Below are positions 19,960 to 30,020 of a stretch of DNA of 64,000 nt, in pieces. Both the position numbers and the translations under genes were made by a program. Within the stretch, counting starts at the first letter, position 1. Each line of letters starts with the position of its first letter. This stretch comes from a virus, in IMG/VR virus record IMGVR_UViG_3300012920_000025, positions 22,539 to 86,538 of that record. The stretch is one strand, 5' to 3'. The notes below the pieces were generated by a model. The model was given only the letters and a program-made list of their open reading frames with translations, was not told the origin of the DNA and searched no databases.

Positions 19960-20647
19960 TTTATTTGGGGACGATATAGGTGCGGTTGAGTACGTTTCAC
20001 ATATGGGTACGGATCTGTCAGTTGTTAATGCGGCACGAGTGTCCTTTGGAGCAGGAAAAGAAGAAGTAGACGAAAAGGATATTAAACTCATCAACTATCT
20101 TATGCGCCACAATCATAGTTCTCCTTTTGAACATTGTGTGCTTACTTATAAATTTACTGTGCCTTTGTTTATACGCTCCCAACACCACAGACATCGTACT
20201 TGGGCTTATAACGAGATCAGTAGAAGGTACACTTCTGTGGACATGAAGTTTTATGAACCTAGTGAGTTTAGAACTCAGCACAAGTCCAACAGGCAAGCGA
20301 GCAACGTGGAGGGCATGATTGATCCCGACATGTCAAAGGGTATGGCCCCAGGCGTCACAGCATCAAGAATGGTAAAAGACCATCACGCTCAATCCCTGTT
20401 TCTCTATACTAGGTTGGTAGAGGAGGGTGTTTGCCGCGAGCAAGCAAGAGGCGTCTTACCGCAAAACTTATATACACAGTATTATGGGACAGCAAACTTG
20501 CACAACTTACTGAAGTTTGTATCATTGCGCGTGCATGATGGCGCACAGTGGGAAATACAAGAAGTTGCTAAAGCGTGTTTGAGTATTGCGAAGCAGCACT
20601 TTCCTCACTCTGTGGAATCTTTTATGAAGCACAAAATGGAGCACTGA
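19949..20647 (+). CDS. thyX: Flavin-dependent thymidylate synthase
   Basis: VVNAARVSF, HSSPFEH, RHRTWAYNEISRRY, REQARGVLP and AQWEI. Confidence 0.95.
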   Translation: MKIDLFGDDIGAVEYVSHMGTDLSVVNAARVSFGAGKEEVDEKDIKLINYLMRHNHSSPFEHCVLTYKFTVPLFIRSQHHRHRTWAYNEISRRYTSVDMKFYEPSEFRTQHKSNRQASNVEGMIDPDMSKGMAPGVTASRMVKDHHAQSLFLYTRLVEEGVCREQARGVLPQNLYTQYYGTANLHNLLKFVSLRVHDGAQWEIQEVAKACLSIAKQHFPHSVESFMKHKMEH

Positions 20648-22668
20648 TGAAGAAACTAACACTTTTACTTTTTCTATTTGCATGTTCAGACAGTAGCGTC
20701 ACCACTGGAGGTCTAGACGCCGAGAGTATCAGAACTCTAATCTCAGATTCAGCATCGGTCGATGTGCAGGTGGTTCAAATACCGGATATTACGGTTGATG
20801 TTTGGGTCGACCCTTGTGCCGATTTGCAAAATACCCACCCAAGGTTTTGCGATTGCAATCCAAATTGTTGCCAACAACAAACTTGGTATTGTCCTCCGCG
20901 AGGTGTAGAAGTGCAGGCAAAGTATGCAGTGTTGGATATTTGTGACGAAAACTTGGTGCCTTGTGATAGAAATCGAGATCCAAATTGCCCCCCGGCACAA
21001 ATAATTGAAGAGACTGGTTGCCAGCATGCCTTTGATTGTCCTCCGGGTATCAATGAAGACTTCACTATGTATTATAATTGCGATATCAATGGTATATCCG
21101 GAACACAACAGGTGCGCTGCGATAAGGGTCGCTTGTATTACGGAGAGTGTGTAACCTGTTATGAAGAAGAAGAGGTTTGTGACAGTGTCGACAATGATTG
21201 TGATGGTAATGTAGATGAAAATCAACTAAATGCTTGTGGTGGTTGCGGACAGGTGCCCGAAGACATTTGTGATGGTTTGGACAATGATTGCGATGGTAAC
21301 ATCGATGAACAACTTATCAGAGAGTGTACAACTATATGCAACACCGGACTTGAGATGTGTGGTAACGGAGACTGGATTGGGTGTACAGCAGATCGGCCGA
21401 CTGATGAAGAGTGTGATGGCGAAGATAACGATTGCGACAATCTTGTGGACGAGGGATTAAACTGTCAATGTCCACCAGAAATGGTTGGTGCTTTAGTTCC
21501 ATGTATGGAGTCTCCTCTTACCTGCGGTATGGGGTTTAAAACTTGCGAGTGTGTGAATGAAGATTGCGAAGTTACTGAGATGACTGAATGTTTTGCTCTT
21601 TGTCACTGGGTTCCAGAGTTATCTGAAGGGGTGCCATGTGATCAGTTTGCGGGTATTGCAACAGATCCGGAAGTATGCAATAACTTCGATGAAGATTGTG
21701 ATTCTTTAATAGATGAGCAACTTACACGACAATGTTATACTGGACCAGAAGGCACCTTGAATGTTGGTGTCTGTAACGAGGGTCAGCAAACCTGCAACAT
21801 GGGGCAGTGGTACGGACAAGATCAGTCCAGAAGGCAGATTGTAGATTTCTGTGGCGGTGAGGTGCTTCCTAGTGATGAGATTTGTGATGGTGCCGACAAC
21901 GACTGCGACGGCATAATAGATTATGGTGAAGAGATACCTGAAACAGATATATTATTTATCGTAGACTGGTCCGGATCTATGGAAAACTATATTAATGCGG
22001 TGAGAATGGCAATGAACAGGTTCGCTCAAGATTTTTCCGCAGAAGATAAGTTGAAGTGGGGTTTAATTGTGGGACCCAAACTTAGGGTGACCCCTACGGA
22101 TAACGAAGAGATGCTGATCCTACAATCAGATATATCAAACTTTGAGGATTTTTTGACAGCGTTTTCGAATGTAGGTCAGTTTGACAATCAGACAGGAAAT
22201 GAGATGCTTAAAGATGCAATATTATTATCGCTCGCTAACATATCCGGAAATGTTGCATATGACTTCGCCCGAGCACGCTGGGCAAACAGAGTAAACTCAC
22301 ACCCAGAACTTAAATTTTTCAAAATCAATTGGCGTACTAACGCCGACAGAATCATTGTAGTGTTCTCTGATGAGCATGCGCAGTCGTTTTTGGTTCCTCG
22401 TGTCAATACGGATGTTGTATGGGATGCATTAGATGCGACACCAAACTTAAAGTTTTATGTTTTTGCGCAGAGGAACGCTAGAGTCTGGGACAACTATGCT
22501 CAACATGGCAATGGTTCAGTCTTTGAATTGTCGCGCAATCAGCAGCAGATGTATGATGATTTGATGTCGATTCTAGATGAGATATGCTTGTCTGCTGATT
22601 CGAGAGATGATTTTGAACCAGTGTCATACAGGCATCGATATGATTATGTTCAGAAAATATGCTACTAG
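20647..22668 (+). CDS. Lipoprotein with Cys/Asp-rich metal-binding (MopE-like) repeats and a C-terminal VWA domain
   Basis: Lipobox signal MKKLTLLLFLFAC, five E-x-C-(D/N)-x-x-D-(N/E)-D-C-D-x-x-x-D-type repeats, and VWA MIDAS motif DILFIVDWSGSM...VVFSDE. Confidence 0.8.
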   Translation: MKKLTLLLFLFACSDSSVTTGGLDAESIRTLISDSASVDVQVVQIPDITVDVWVDPCADLQNTHPRFCDCNPNCCQQQTWYCPPRGVEVQAKYAVLDICDENLVPCDRNRDPNCPPAQIIEETGCQHAFDCPPGINEDFTMYYNCDINGISGTQQVRCDKGRLYYGECVTCYEEEEVCDSVDNDCDGNVDENQLNACGGCGQVPEDICDGLDNDCDGNIDEQLIRECTTICNTGLEMCGNGDWIGCTADRPTDEECDGEDNDCDNLVDEGLNCQCPPEMVGALVPCMESPLTCGMGFKTCECVNEDCEVTEMTECFALCHWVPELSEGVPCDQFAGIATDPEVCNNFDEDCDSLIDEQLTRQCYTGPEGTLNVGVCNEGQQTCNMGQWYGQDQSRRQIVDFCGGEVLPSDEICDGADNDCDGIIDYGEEIPETDILFIVDWSGSMENYINAVRMAMNRFAQDFSAEDKLKWGLIVGPKLRVTPTDNEEMLILQSDISNFEDFLTAFSNVGQFDNQTGNEMLKDAILLSLANISGNVAYDFARARWANRVNSHPELKFFKINWRTNADRIIVVFSDEHAQSFLVPRVNTDVVWDALDATPNLKFYVFAQRNARVWDNYAQHGNGSVFELSRNQQQMYDDLMSILDEICLSADSRDDFEPVSYRHRYDYVQKICY

Positions 22669-23420
22669 ATAGTGTGGTGGTGGGTCGTGGTTTTCACTCA
22701 CTGCTGAAATCATATACAGAAAAGATTCCTATGGTTTTGGTTAATCACGATTCCCCAACTATCGATTTAAAACTCTCCGATACATTTCACATAGAAAACC
22801 TATCAACAGTAAGAGAACTGGAAGCGTGGCAAATGTTAAAGTTCCTTTGTTCAATGGAGGGTTTGATTGTAAATCCTAACCCACTCTCTTATCTTAGGAT
22901 GGAAGAGGATACTTTGCGCTTTAATGGAGGGCATATTCAATTCAAAAAGTGCCACCTCTTTTCATGTCCAGACTTAAAAACCGACCTTCCGATAGTCAGA
23001 ATAGATAACGATGATTTATACAGGGTTCTGGATTTTATGAGGTTAAAAATATGTAATGCGTCTAATATAGATACAATATTTCCAAAAGACACATTTATAG
23101 ACAAGATAGAGTGTTTTGGAAAGAAAGAAGTCGTGGCAGTTTCTACACTTTCAAAAGAACAGTTGACAACTTTTGACTATTCTGATACTATTGTTAGATT
23201 CATAACTCAAAAAGTTCTTTTATCTAGCAATGGTCTACACAGACCGCTGATATCAAAAGACTCGGAGAGGAGAAGAAACCCTATACTGACAGTGCTCGAA
23301 AGATCGGTCGTACCTATTTCAGAGACAGTATACAGGAGTTCTAGAAAGGTAAAATATTATGACAGAAAAAAGCGAGATGACATCTTCAAAGCATATTGCA
23401 GGGATAATACCTGTATCTAA
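22659..23420 (+). CDS. Hypothetical protein
   Basis: 253-aa ORF. N-terminal VVVGRG weakly resembles a Rossmann strand-loop. Confidence 0.5.
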   Translation: MLLDSVVVGRGFHSLLKSYTEKIPMVLVNHDSPTIDLKLSDTFHIENLSTVRELEAWQMLKFLCSMEGLIVNPNPLSYLRMEEDTLRFNGGHIQFKKCHLFSCPDLKTDLPIVRIDNDDLYRVLDFMRLKICNASNIDTIFPKDTFIDKIECFGKKEVVAVSTLSKEQLTTFDYSDTIVRFITQKVLLSSNGLHRPLISKDSERRRNPILTVLERSVVPISETVYRSSRKVKYYDRKKRDDIFKAYCRDNTCI

Positions 23421-24180
23421 AGTGCAAACTGATATTGATCTTGTCTTACATCCCAGTATGTTACCTATTGCAAACAACTACTATGCTGTGCAGAGAAGTA
23501 TCGTGGAGTGCTCCTACATGGGGTGCAAAACTATATGGATTGTTTGTGACGACTCAATCGCACCTTTACTCAAAGAGGCATGCGGCGATTTTGTTCTGAG
23601 TTTAACACAGCACGAGCGAGCAAAGTTTGCTAATTTTTCTAATGAGATGAAGAGGTATGTACCAATATTTTATGTTCCAATATCATATAAACATATGAAC
23701 AAGAAAGGGTTGGGCGTATCTGTCATGGAGGGTGTCTATGCGAGTTACACAGTTAGTGACAAGTTAAGTAAGTGGATTTCACCATACAGGTATTATGTCT
23801 CTATGCCATATGGAGTATACAACCCAAGAAATGTAGAACTTAGATCGCTTGTTAAAAGCAATGACTCGGTGTTCTTAACACACAATGGAGAAAGTGCTAG
23901 AACCGGCGCACATCTTGGGTTTAGTTTTAACATTCGTCAGTTTAAGCACTGCTCCTATCTATTTAAAAGAATGAACGTAAAGAGTCATTATAGTGTTGAC
24001 AAAGTTTTCGGTGATGATATAATGATAAACAACAGTGAGACATATGAAATAGATTACTACCACGATATTTCTACTTGGCAAGGATATCAGGACATGATGT
24101 CGGATCCAATAGCAGTCAATAGTGACTGGAGATATTGTTTTAGTAATGCTTTTAAGAAAGATGAAAGGAAGATAGTTTGA
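23359..24180 (+). CDS. Degenerate sugar-phosphate nucleotidyltransferase-like protein
   Basis: AGIIPV...SMLPIAN...ECSYMGCKTIWIV and C-terminal YYHDISTWQGY follow the NTP_transferase layout, but the GxGTR loop is absent. Confidence 0.45.
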   Translation: MTEKSEMTSSKHIAGIIPVSKVQTDIDLVLHPSMLPIANNYYAVQRSIVECSYMGCKTIWIVCDDSIAPLLKEACGDFVLSLTQHERAKFANFSNEMKRYVPIFYVPISYKHMNKKGLGVSVMEGVYASYTVSDKLSKWISPYRYYVSMPYGVYNPRNVELRSLVKSNDSVFLTHNGESARTGAHLGFSFNIRQFKHCSYLFKRMNVKSHYSVDKVFGDDIMINNSETYEIDYYHDISTWQGYQDMMSDPIAVNSDWRYCFSNAFKKDERKIV

Positions 24181-27100
24181 GAGAACAACCGACAATACCA
24201 TTCGTGGGACTACACGCCCACTCGGTAGCAGGATCAATATTCGATGCATTGGGTTATCCCCAGCAGCATATGGATTTCGCTTTTGATAACGGCATGGATG
24301 CTTTGGCTTTGACGGACCATGGAAATGCCAATGGACTTGCATATCAAGTACTGCATGCCAAAAAGATGAAGTCAGAAGGAAAGGAGTTCAAACCAATCTT
24401 TGGTTGTGAGGCATACTTTGTGCCAAGTATCGCCAATTGGAAGATTGACTACGAAAAAGCAAGAGAGGAAGCAAAGAACAAAAAAGCACTTGAGTCTATG
24501 CAGTCAGGGGCAACAGTTGAGGCAGAGGGGGTCTCTAAAAAGAAAATGAAGTCCATCCTCAACAGAAGAAGTCACATGATTCTTCTTGCAATGAACCAAA
24601 CAGGACTGCAAAATATCTACAAGATGATTTCTAAGTCTTATACTGGAGATCATTTTTATCGCTATCCACGCATCGACTATGCACTTTTGAAAAAGCACGG
24701 TGAAGGCGTCATCGCTGCCTCTGCTTGTCTTGGCGGAGTTTATGCTGGCGACTTCTGGCAAAACAGAGATTTTGGAGAGGATGCAGTACTGGATGCCATG
24801 AGGACAACAACTCAGAAGATGCAATCAATCTTTGGAGACCGCTGGTATGGAGAACTTCAGTGGAACAACGTACCAGAACAACACAAGTTAAACCAATTTA
24901 TTATACAAATGCATTATGAGTTTGGCATTGAACTTATCTCAACAGCGGATTCGCACTACTACTCTCCCGATGCCTGGAAAGATAGAGAACTATATAAGCG
25001 ACTTGGGTTCCTTGGTCGTAAAGTGGAGTGGTTATCTGACGAGTTACCCATAGATGTTGATGATATTGGTTATGAACTTTACCCAAAGAATGGCGACCAG
25101 ATGTGGGAGAGTTACAAGAAGTATTCCAAAGAGTGCAATGTGGAGTATGATGACGATGTTGTTCTTAACTCTATTAAGCGCACGTATGATATCGCGCACA
25201 ATAGGATTGAATCTTTCTTGCCAGACAATGAAGTGCGACTACCAGACTTCGTGGTACCCGATGGATCAACTGCCGGAGAAACTTTGATTGCCCTGTCTGT
25301 CGCGGGTGCAAGAAATCTTGGTTTTGCAGATAATCCTGAATATGTTGATAGACTAAAGTACGAAGTAAAGATTATTGAAGACAGAGGTTTCAGTAAGTAC
25401 TTCTTAACAATGAAAAAGATTGCAGACGAGGCGACGAAGATGCAACTTGCAGGCGCAGGACGCGGTTCTGCTGCGGGTTCTCTAGTTGCCTATGCCTTGG
25501 GTATCACCCAAATAGATCCCATCCGTTACGGACTTCAATTTGAGCGTTTTTTGACAAAAGGTGGTTCTGGTTATCCTGATATTGATTACGATGTTTCTGA
25601 CCCGATGGTTTTGAAAGAGCACTTAATAAATGAGTGGGGTGATAATGTGGTGGTCCCTATCACAAACTGGAATACATTACAGTTAAGGTCTTTGGTCAAA
25701 GATATATCAAAGTTTTATGGTATTGAGTTCTCTGAGGTCAATGCTGTAACGAACAAAATGGTGTACGAGGCAACTCCACTTGCGAAGAAGGAACACGGCA
25801 TCACAGCGGGTGTCTACAACCCTACTTTCGAAGAGTTGATGAAGTATTCGGACTCGTTGCAAAAGTTCTTGCAGAAATATCCAGAAGTTAAGACTCACGT
25901 TGACGCACTTTACGGACAGACTCGTTCAGCATCCCGCCACGCTGGTGGAGTGGTGGTGGGCGAGAATCTAAACCAGTGGATGCCCTTGATTAACTCGGGT
26001 GGAGTTAGGCAAACCCCATGGTCGGAGGGTCAGAACGTTCGCCACCTTGAACCAATGGGTTTTATTAAGTTTGATATTTTAGGATTGGCATCACTGCGCA
26101 TGATAGAAGATGCCATCAGGCATGTACTAGTTAGGTATGAGGGTGTCGAAGATCCTACGTTTGATGATATTAAGAATTTTTATGAAGAGAGGTTGCACCC
26201 CGAAAAGATTGATCTTGATGATAGGGAGGTGTGGGAAAGTGTATTCCATGAAGGGAAGTGGGCAGGGATATTCCAGTTCACAGAGGGCGGCGCACAGTCA
26301 TTCTGCAAGAATGCTAAACCAAATAATATTACAGACCTTGCTGCAATTACTTCTATATATCGCCCTGGTCCATTGTCTGCAGGCGTTGACAAGATGTATG
26401 TTGGGGCAAAAGAAAACCCAGAAGAGGTAGACTACCTCAACAGTCACGTGCGGGAAGTAACAGAGGAGACATATGGGTTCCTGATCTTTCAAGAACAGAT
26501 TGCTATGCTTGCTCACAAACTCGGCAAAGATCTATCTCTTGATGAGGGTAATAAGTTGCGCAAACTCCTAACAAAGAAGGGCACTGGTTCTGCCTCGGCA
26601 GAGAAGGACAAGATTTACGATAAGTTCAGGCGTGGTTGCCTTGAGAAAGGAATGAAAGAGTATGAAGCTAAGGAGTTATGGGGTAAGTTCGAGTACTTTT
26701 CTGGTTACGGTTTTAATAAATCTCATGCCGTTTCCTACTGTGTATTGTCTTTTCAATGCGCTTATCTTCTACATTATTATCCTGAATGCTGGTTAGCAGC
26801 GTTCTTAGATAAAGAACCGGACAAGAGGAAAGAGAGGGCGATCAACATTGCAAAGTCGTATGGATATAAGATCGAACCTTTAAATGTTAATACTTCTGGT
26901 GTGCGCTGGGAGATCAGCGAGGATGGCAAGACTTTAATCCAACCACTGTCTTCTATCAAGGGACTGGGCGCAACCGCTATTCATCAGATAATGAGCAATA
27001 GACCTTTTAACAATATAGAGGAGTTTCTTTTCAGTGAGGACATTGTTTATTCTAAACTAAACAAGAAGGCAATAAACGCACTTTGTTTAAGTCAGGCGCT

Positions 27101-27602
27101 TAACTGTCTGATGGATGATCGGTTTACAGGACTAAAGCACTTCTGGACCTCAATCGCTATCAAGAGACCAAGAAAGGAAAAGAATCTAATTGAAAACATA
27201 GAGTTGTATGCACCAGAGGGCGACCTTACAGAGGAAGAAAAACTTCAGCACCTCGTAAACTTAACAGGTATTTTCCCCGTGAGTATGGTTGTTAATGAGA
27301 GGTTGCAGCAGTTGTTTGATGAGCGTATGGTGCCACCTATATCTGAGTACGATGCTGAACTTGGTTACTGTTGGTTCATTCCAAGACAAGTCATCGAAAA
27401 GAAAACAAGAAACGGAAAGGATTTTTATCTTGTCAAAGTTATTGACTCGAACTCAGAAGAGAACACTATCAAATGCTGGGGCGTCGACCCCAAGAAAGAT
27501 AAAGTATATGTCAACAGACCTTATATGGCAAGACTCAACTGGGACCCACAGTGGGGATTTAGCACTAGGTCAGTTAGGAAGATGTTCAAGATGTTAGCAT
27601 AG
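24177..27602 (+). CDS. dnaE: DNA polymerase III alpha subunit (family C)
   Basis: PHP motifs LHAHS, ALTDHG and TADSHY; GRGSAAGSLVAY, YPDIDYD, SRHAGGVVV, KFDILGL, IFQEQI and GYGFNKSHA. Confidence 0.95.
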   Translation: MREQPTIPFVGLHAHSVAGSIFDALGYPQQHMDFAFDNGMDALALTDHGNANGLAYQVLHAKKMKSEGKEFKPIFGCEAYFVPSIANWKIDYEKAREEAKNKKALESMQSGATVEAEGVSKKKMKSILNRRSHMILLAMNQTGLQNIYKMISKSYTGDHFYRYPRIDYALLKKHGEGVIAASACLGGVYAGDFWQNRDFGEDAVLDAMRTTTQKMQSIFGDRWYGELQWNNVPEQHKLNQFIIQMHYEFGIELISTADSHYYSPDAWKDRELYKRLGFLGRKVEWLSDELPIDVDDIGYELYPKNGDQMWESYKKYSKECNVEYDDDVVLNSIKRTYDIAHNRIESFLPDNEVRLPDFVVPDGSTAGETLIALSVAGARNLGFADNPEYVDRLKYEVKIIEDRGFSKYFLTMKKIADEATKMQLAGAGRGSAAGSLVAYALGITQIDPIRYGLQFERFLTKGGSGYPDIDYDVSDPMVLKEHLINEWGDNVVVPITNWNTLQLRSLVKDISKFYGIEFSEVNAVTNKMVYEATPLAKKEHGITAGVYNPTFEELMKYSDSLQKFLQKYPEVKTHVDALYGQTRSASRHAGGVVVGENLNQWMPLINSGGVRQTPWSEGQNVRHLEPMGFIKFDILGLASLRMIEDAIRHVLVRYEGVEDPTFDDIKNFYEERLHPEKIDLDDREVWESVFHEGKWAGIFQFTEGGAQSFCKNAKPNNITDLAAITSIYRPGPLSAGVDKMYVGAKENPEEVDYLNSHVREVTEETYGFLIFQEQIAMLAHKLGKDLSLDEGNKLRKLLTKKGTGSASAEKDKIYDKFRRGCLEKGMKEYEAKELWGKFEYFSGYGFNKSHAVSYCVLSFQCAYLLHYYPECWLAAFLDKEPDKRKERAINIAKSYGYKIEPLNVNTSGVRWEISEDGKTLIQPLSSIKGLGATAIHQIMSNRPFNNIEEFLFSEDIVYSKLNKKAINALCLSQALNCLMDDRFTGLKHFWTSIAIKRPRKEKNLIENIELYAPEGDLTEEEKLQHLVNLTGIFPVSMVVNERLQQLFDERMVPPISEYDAELGYCWFIPRQVIEKKTRNGKDFYLVKVIDSNSEENTIKCWGVDPKKDKVYVNRPYMARLNWDPQWGFSTRSVRKMFKMLA

Positions 27603-27610
27603 GAGGAATA

Positions 27611-27994
27611 ATGGTAGAAAAAAATAGAACTATATTTTGTGACATAGACGGTACGATATTTAAGTATCGCAAGTTTGAGACACTAAAAACGACAAAACCT
27701 GAGTTTACCCCAGGTGCGCTAGGTAAGTTAAAAAAGTGGAAAAGAGAGAAGTGTATGATTGTCTTTACTACTGCACGACCAGAAGAATTGAGAGACCACA
27801 CTGTAAAGGAACTCTTGACTATGGGCGTGCCTTGGGATAAACTGGTCATGGGTATTGAGCGAGGACCAAGGTACTTGATTAATGACATGGACCCAGAGAA
27901 ACCAGGTATAAGAGCAATAGCATATAGCATCGAGAGAGATAAGGGATTAAAACGAGTTGTTGTAGGAGCAACGGAGGAGATTACAAAGAGATGA
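27611..27994 (+). CDS. HAD-superfamily small phosphatase
   Basis: IFCDIDGT, FTTAR and LINDM motifs. Confidence 0.7.
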   Translation: MVEKNRTIFCDIDGTIFKYRKFETLKTTKPEFTPGALGKLKKWKREKCMIVFTTARPEELRDHTVKELLTMGVPWDKLVMGIERGPRYLINDMDPEKPGIRAIAYSIERDKGLKRVVVGATEEITKR

Positions 27995-28440
27995 CAGTAA
28001 ATATTTATAGAGTAAGACCGGACGTGAAGTTGCCGGTCAGAGCGCACAATACAGATGCTGGGTTAGACTTGTTCTTCTGCCCAGTGGAGGGTGCAGCGGT
28101 TAGGATTAATCCAGGACAAAGCGTCTTGCTGGATACTGGTATTAAGATGGAAGTGCCATCAAACTGCATGCTTCAGATTATGAATAAGTCAGGGATCGCA
28201 AGCAAGAACCATTTGATTACCGGTGCTTGTGTTGTGGATGAGGGATACACGGGTGAAATATTCGTGAATCTCCATAACATAGGTAAAGACGTTGAATTTA
28301 TCGAACCTGGTCAAAAAATCGCCCAGGCAATTTTTGTGAGAATTGAAAAACCTGCTTTGCTTGAGATTTGGGAAGATAACATCTATGGCAGCGAGACCTC
28401 TCGTGGCGGCGGTGGACTTGGATCTACAGGTTTGGAATGA
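27991..28440 (+). CDS. dut: dUTPase (trimeric type)
   Basis: DAGLDL, KSGIA, VVDEGYTGEI, KIAQ and RGGGGLGSTG. Confidence 0.95.
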   Translation: MTVNIYRVRPDVKLPVRAHNTDAGLDLFFCPVEGAAVRINPGQSVLLDTGIKMEVPSNCMLQIMNKSGIASKNHLITGACVVDEGYTGEIFVNLHNIGKDVEFIEPGQKIAQAIFVRIEKPALLEIWEDNIYGSETSRGGGGLGSTGLE

Positions 28441-28709
28441 ACGCCAAGAGAAAACTAAAAAGGACAAAGCAAAAGCAAGCAAAGAAAGATGTTGAAGTTA
28501 CGTTAGGTCTTTTTGATAAATTGCCAGACCATTGCTTGACTTGCTTTGCGCCTTATGATAGACTAAATAAAGAACAAGTGAAAACATGGAATGTTGTGGT
28601 CAGAGAGAAAGAAGGTAAAGTAAACCTTTATTGTCCAGATTGCTGGAATAAGGCAACAAATCTCATAAAGGAAATACAAAAGGAAACAAATGAAAAGGCA
28701 AACACATAG
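28437..28709 (+). CDS. Small zinc-finger protein
   Basis: CLTC...YCPDC. Confidence 0.5.
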   Translation: MNAKRKLKRTKQKQAKKDVEVTLGLFDKLPDHCLTCFAPYDRLNKEQVKTWNVVVREKEGKVNLYCPDCWNKATNLIKEIQKETNEKANT

Positions 28710-29688
28710 TTTTGATGATGTGTTACTGATACCCCAATACAGTGACATAGAATCTAGATCGGAGATAGACTTATCGAGACAATTGGGAAGGAGGATACTT
28801 AGTATACCCATTATTACCAGTCCGATGGATACGGTCACTGAATCCGCAATGGCTGCTGCCTTCGGTGAGATGGGAGGATTAGCTATAACACACAGGTATT
28901 GTGACATGGTAGAGCAATCTAAGATGACTCCTTTTAGTGCGGCCGCTGCTATTGGCGTCACAGGTGACTTTATGAAAAGGATTGAATTCCTTATGGCAGA
29001 TTCTAGGATTGATACGTTTTGCCTGGATGTAGCACACGGACACCACATATTGGTTGAAAGAGCATTGAAATCTATAAGAGATAAGTGGGGTAATGATGTC
29101 AACATTATTGCTGGTAATGTTGCAACACCAAAGGCATACGTAGATCTGTCTGATTGGGGCGCTGATGCTGTTCGTGTAGGTATAGGTGGTGGATCTATTT
29201 GCTCTACGAGGATCCAGACGGGTCATGGCGTCCCGACTTTTGAGTCCGTTTTAACCTGTAGTTACGAGGACGGTGCTACCATCATCGCCGACGGTGGCAT
29301 TAAAACAGCGGGAGATATTGTTAAAGCGCTTGCCGCTGGCGCAGATTTTGTCATGCTCGGTTCGATGCTTGCAGGCACAGATGAAAGTCCGGGTGATGTA
29401 TTCGTCAGCAATAATGGCAAGTCTTTTAAGGTCTATCGAGGTATGGCATCTAAAGAAGCGCAAAGAGACTGGAGGGGTGAGGCGCGCTCACTGGAGGGCA
29501 TTTCGACCACCATATCAGCAAAGGGTTCGGTTGTTGATGTGGTGGCGGACTTACTTCAAAACATAAGATCAGGACTGTCTTACTCTGGTGCTAGAAACAT
29601 AACCCAGTTGCAGGCAAAGGCAGAGTTTATTGTTCAGTCTGCTGCTTCTCAGGTAGAAAGCAGTACTCATATTTTGAGGACTAAATGA
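28690..29688 (+). CDS. IMP dehydrogenase / GMP reductase family enzyme without CBS domains
   Basis: [23 protein letters not shown], catalytic loop [18 protein letters not shown] and YRGMAS. Confidence 0.9.
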   Translation: MKRQTHSFDDVLLIPQYSDIESRSEIDLSRQLGRRILSIPIITSPMDTVTESAMAAAFGEMGGLAITHRYCDMVEQSKMTPFSAAAAIGVTGDFMKRIEFLMADSRIDTFCLDVAHGHHILVERALKSIRDKWGNDVNIIAGNVATPKAYVDLSDWGADAVRVGIGGGSICSTRIQTGHGVPTFESVLTCSYEDGATIIADGGIKTAGDIVKALAAGADFVMLGSMLAGTDESPGDVFVSNNGKSFKVYRGMASKEAQRDWRGEARSLEGISTTISAKGSVVDVVADLLQNIRSGLSYSGARNITQLQAKAEFIVQSAASQVESSTHILRTK

Positions 29689-30020
29689 GTTACTATAGAT
29701 ATGGAAAAGAAGAGAAAAAGATAACGTTCGCTGATACAGATAAGCGCCATGCAGAATTAAGATTAAAACTTCGAAGAGATGGAATAAGTCAGGTTGACTT
29801 TTTTAAGTCAATGGTGACTGGATATATTGATAACGATCCAAATATATTGATGTATATTACAAAAGTAAAACAGGAGAAACAGAAAGTTGGAAAAAAGAAA
29901 ATTGCTAGACAAAATGAAGACATCAAACAAGGAAATCAGACCCTTCAAGATCTTGGGATCACCGAGAGGGATATTGACTTTGTCTTTGATCTGATTGAGA
30001 ATGGAGATGAAGATATTTAA
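29685..30020 (+). CDS. Hypothetical protein
   Basis: 111-aa ORF, translationally coupled on both sides. Confidence 0.55.
   Translation: MSYYRYGKEEKKITFADTDKRHAELRLKLRRDGISQVDFFKSMVTGYIDNDPNILMYITKVKQEKQKVGKKKIARQNEDIKQGNQTLQDLGITERDIDFVFDLIENGDEDI

Noticed and set aside
13109-27602. Inteins or introns in uvsX, the helicase, nrdJ or dnaE
   Set aside because: ORFs are uninterrupted, lengths are ordinary, and no intein splice-junction or LAGLIDADG motifs were noticed.
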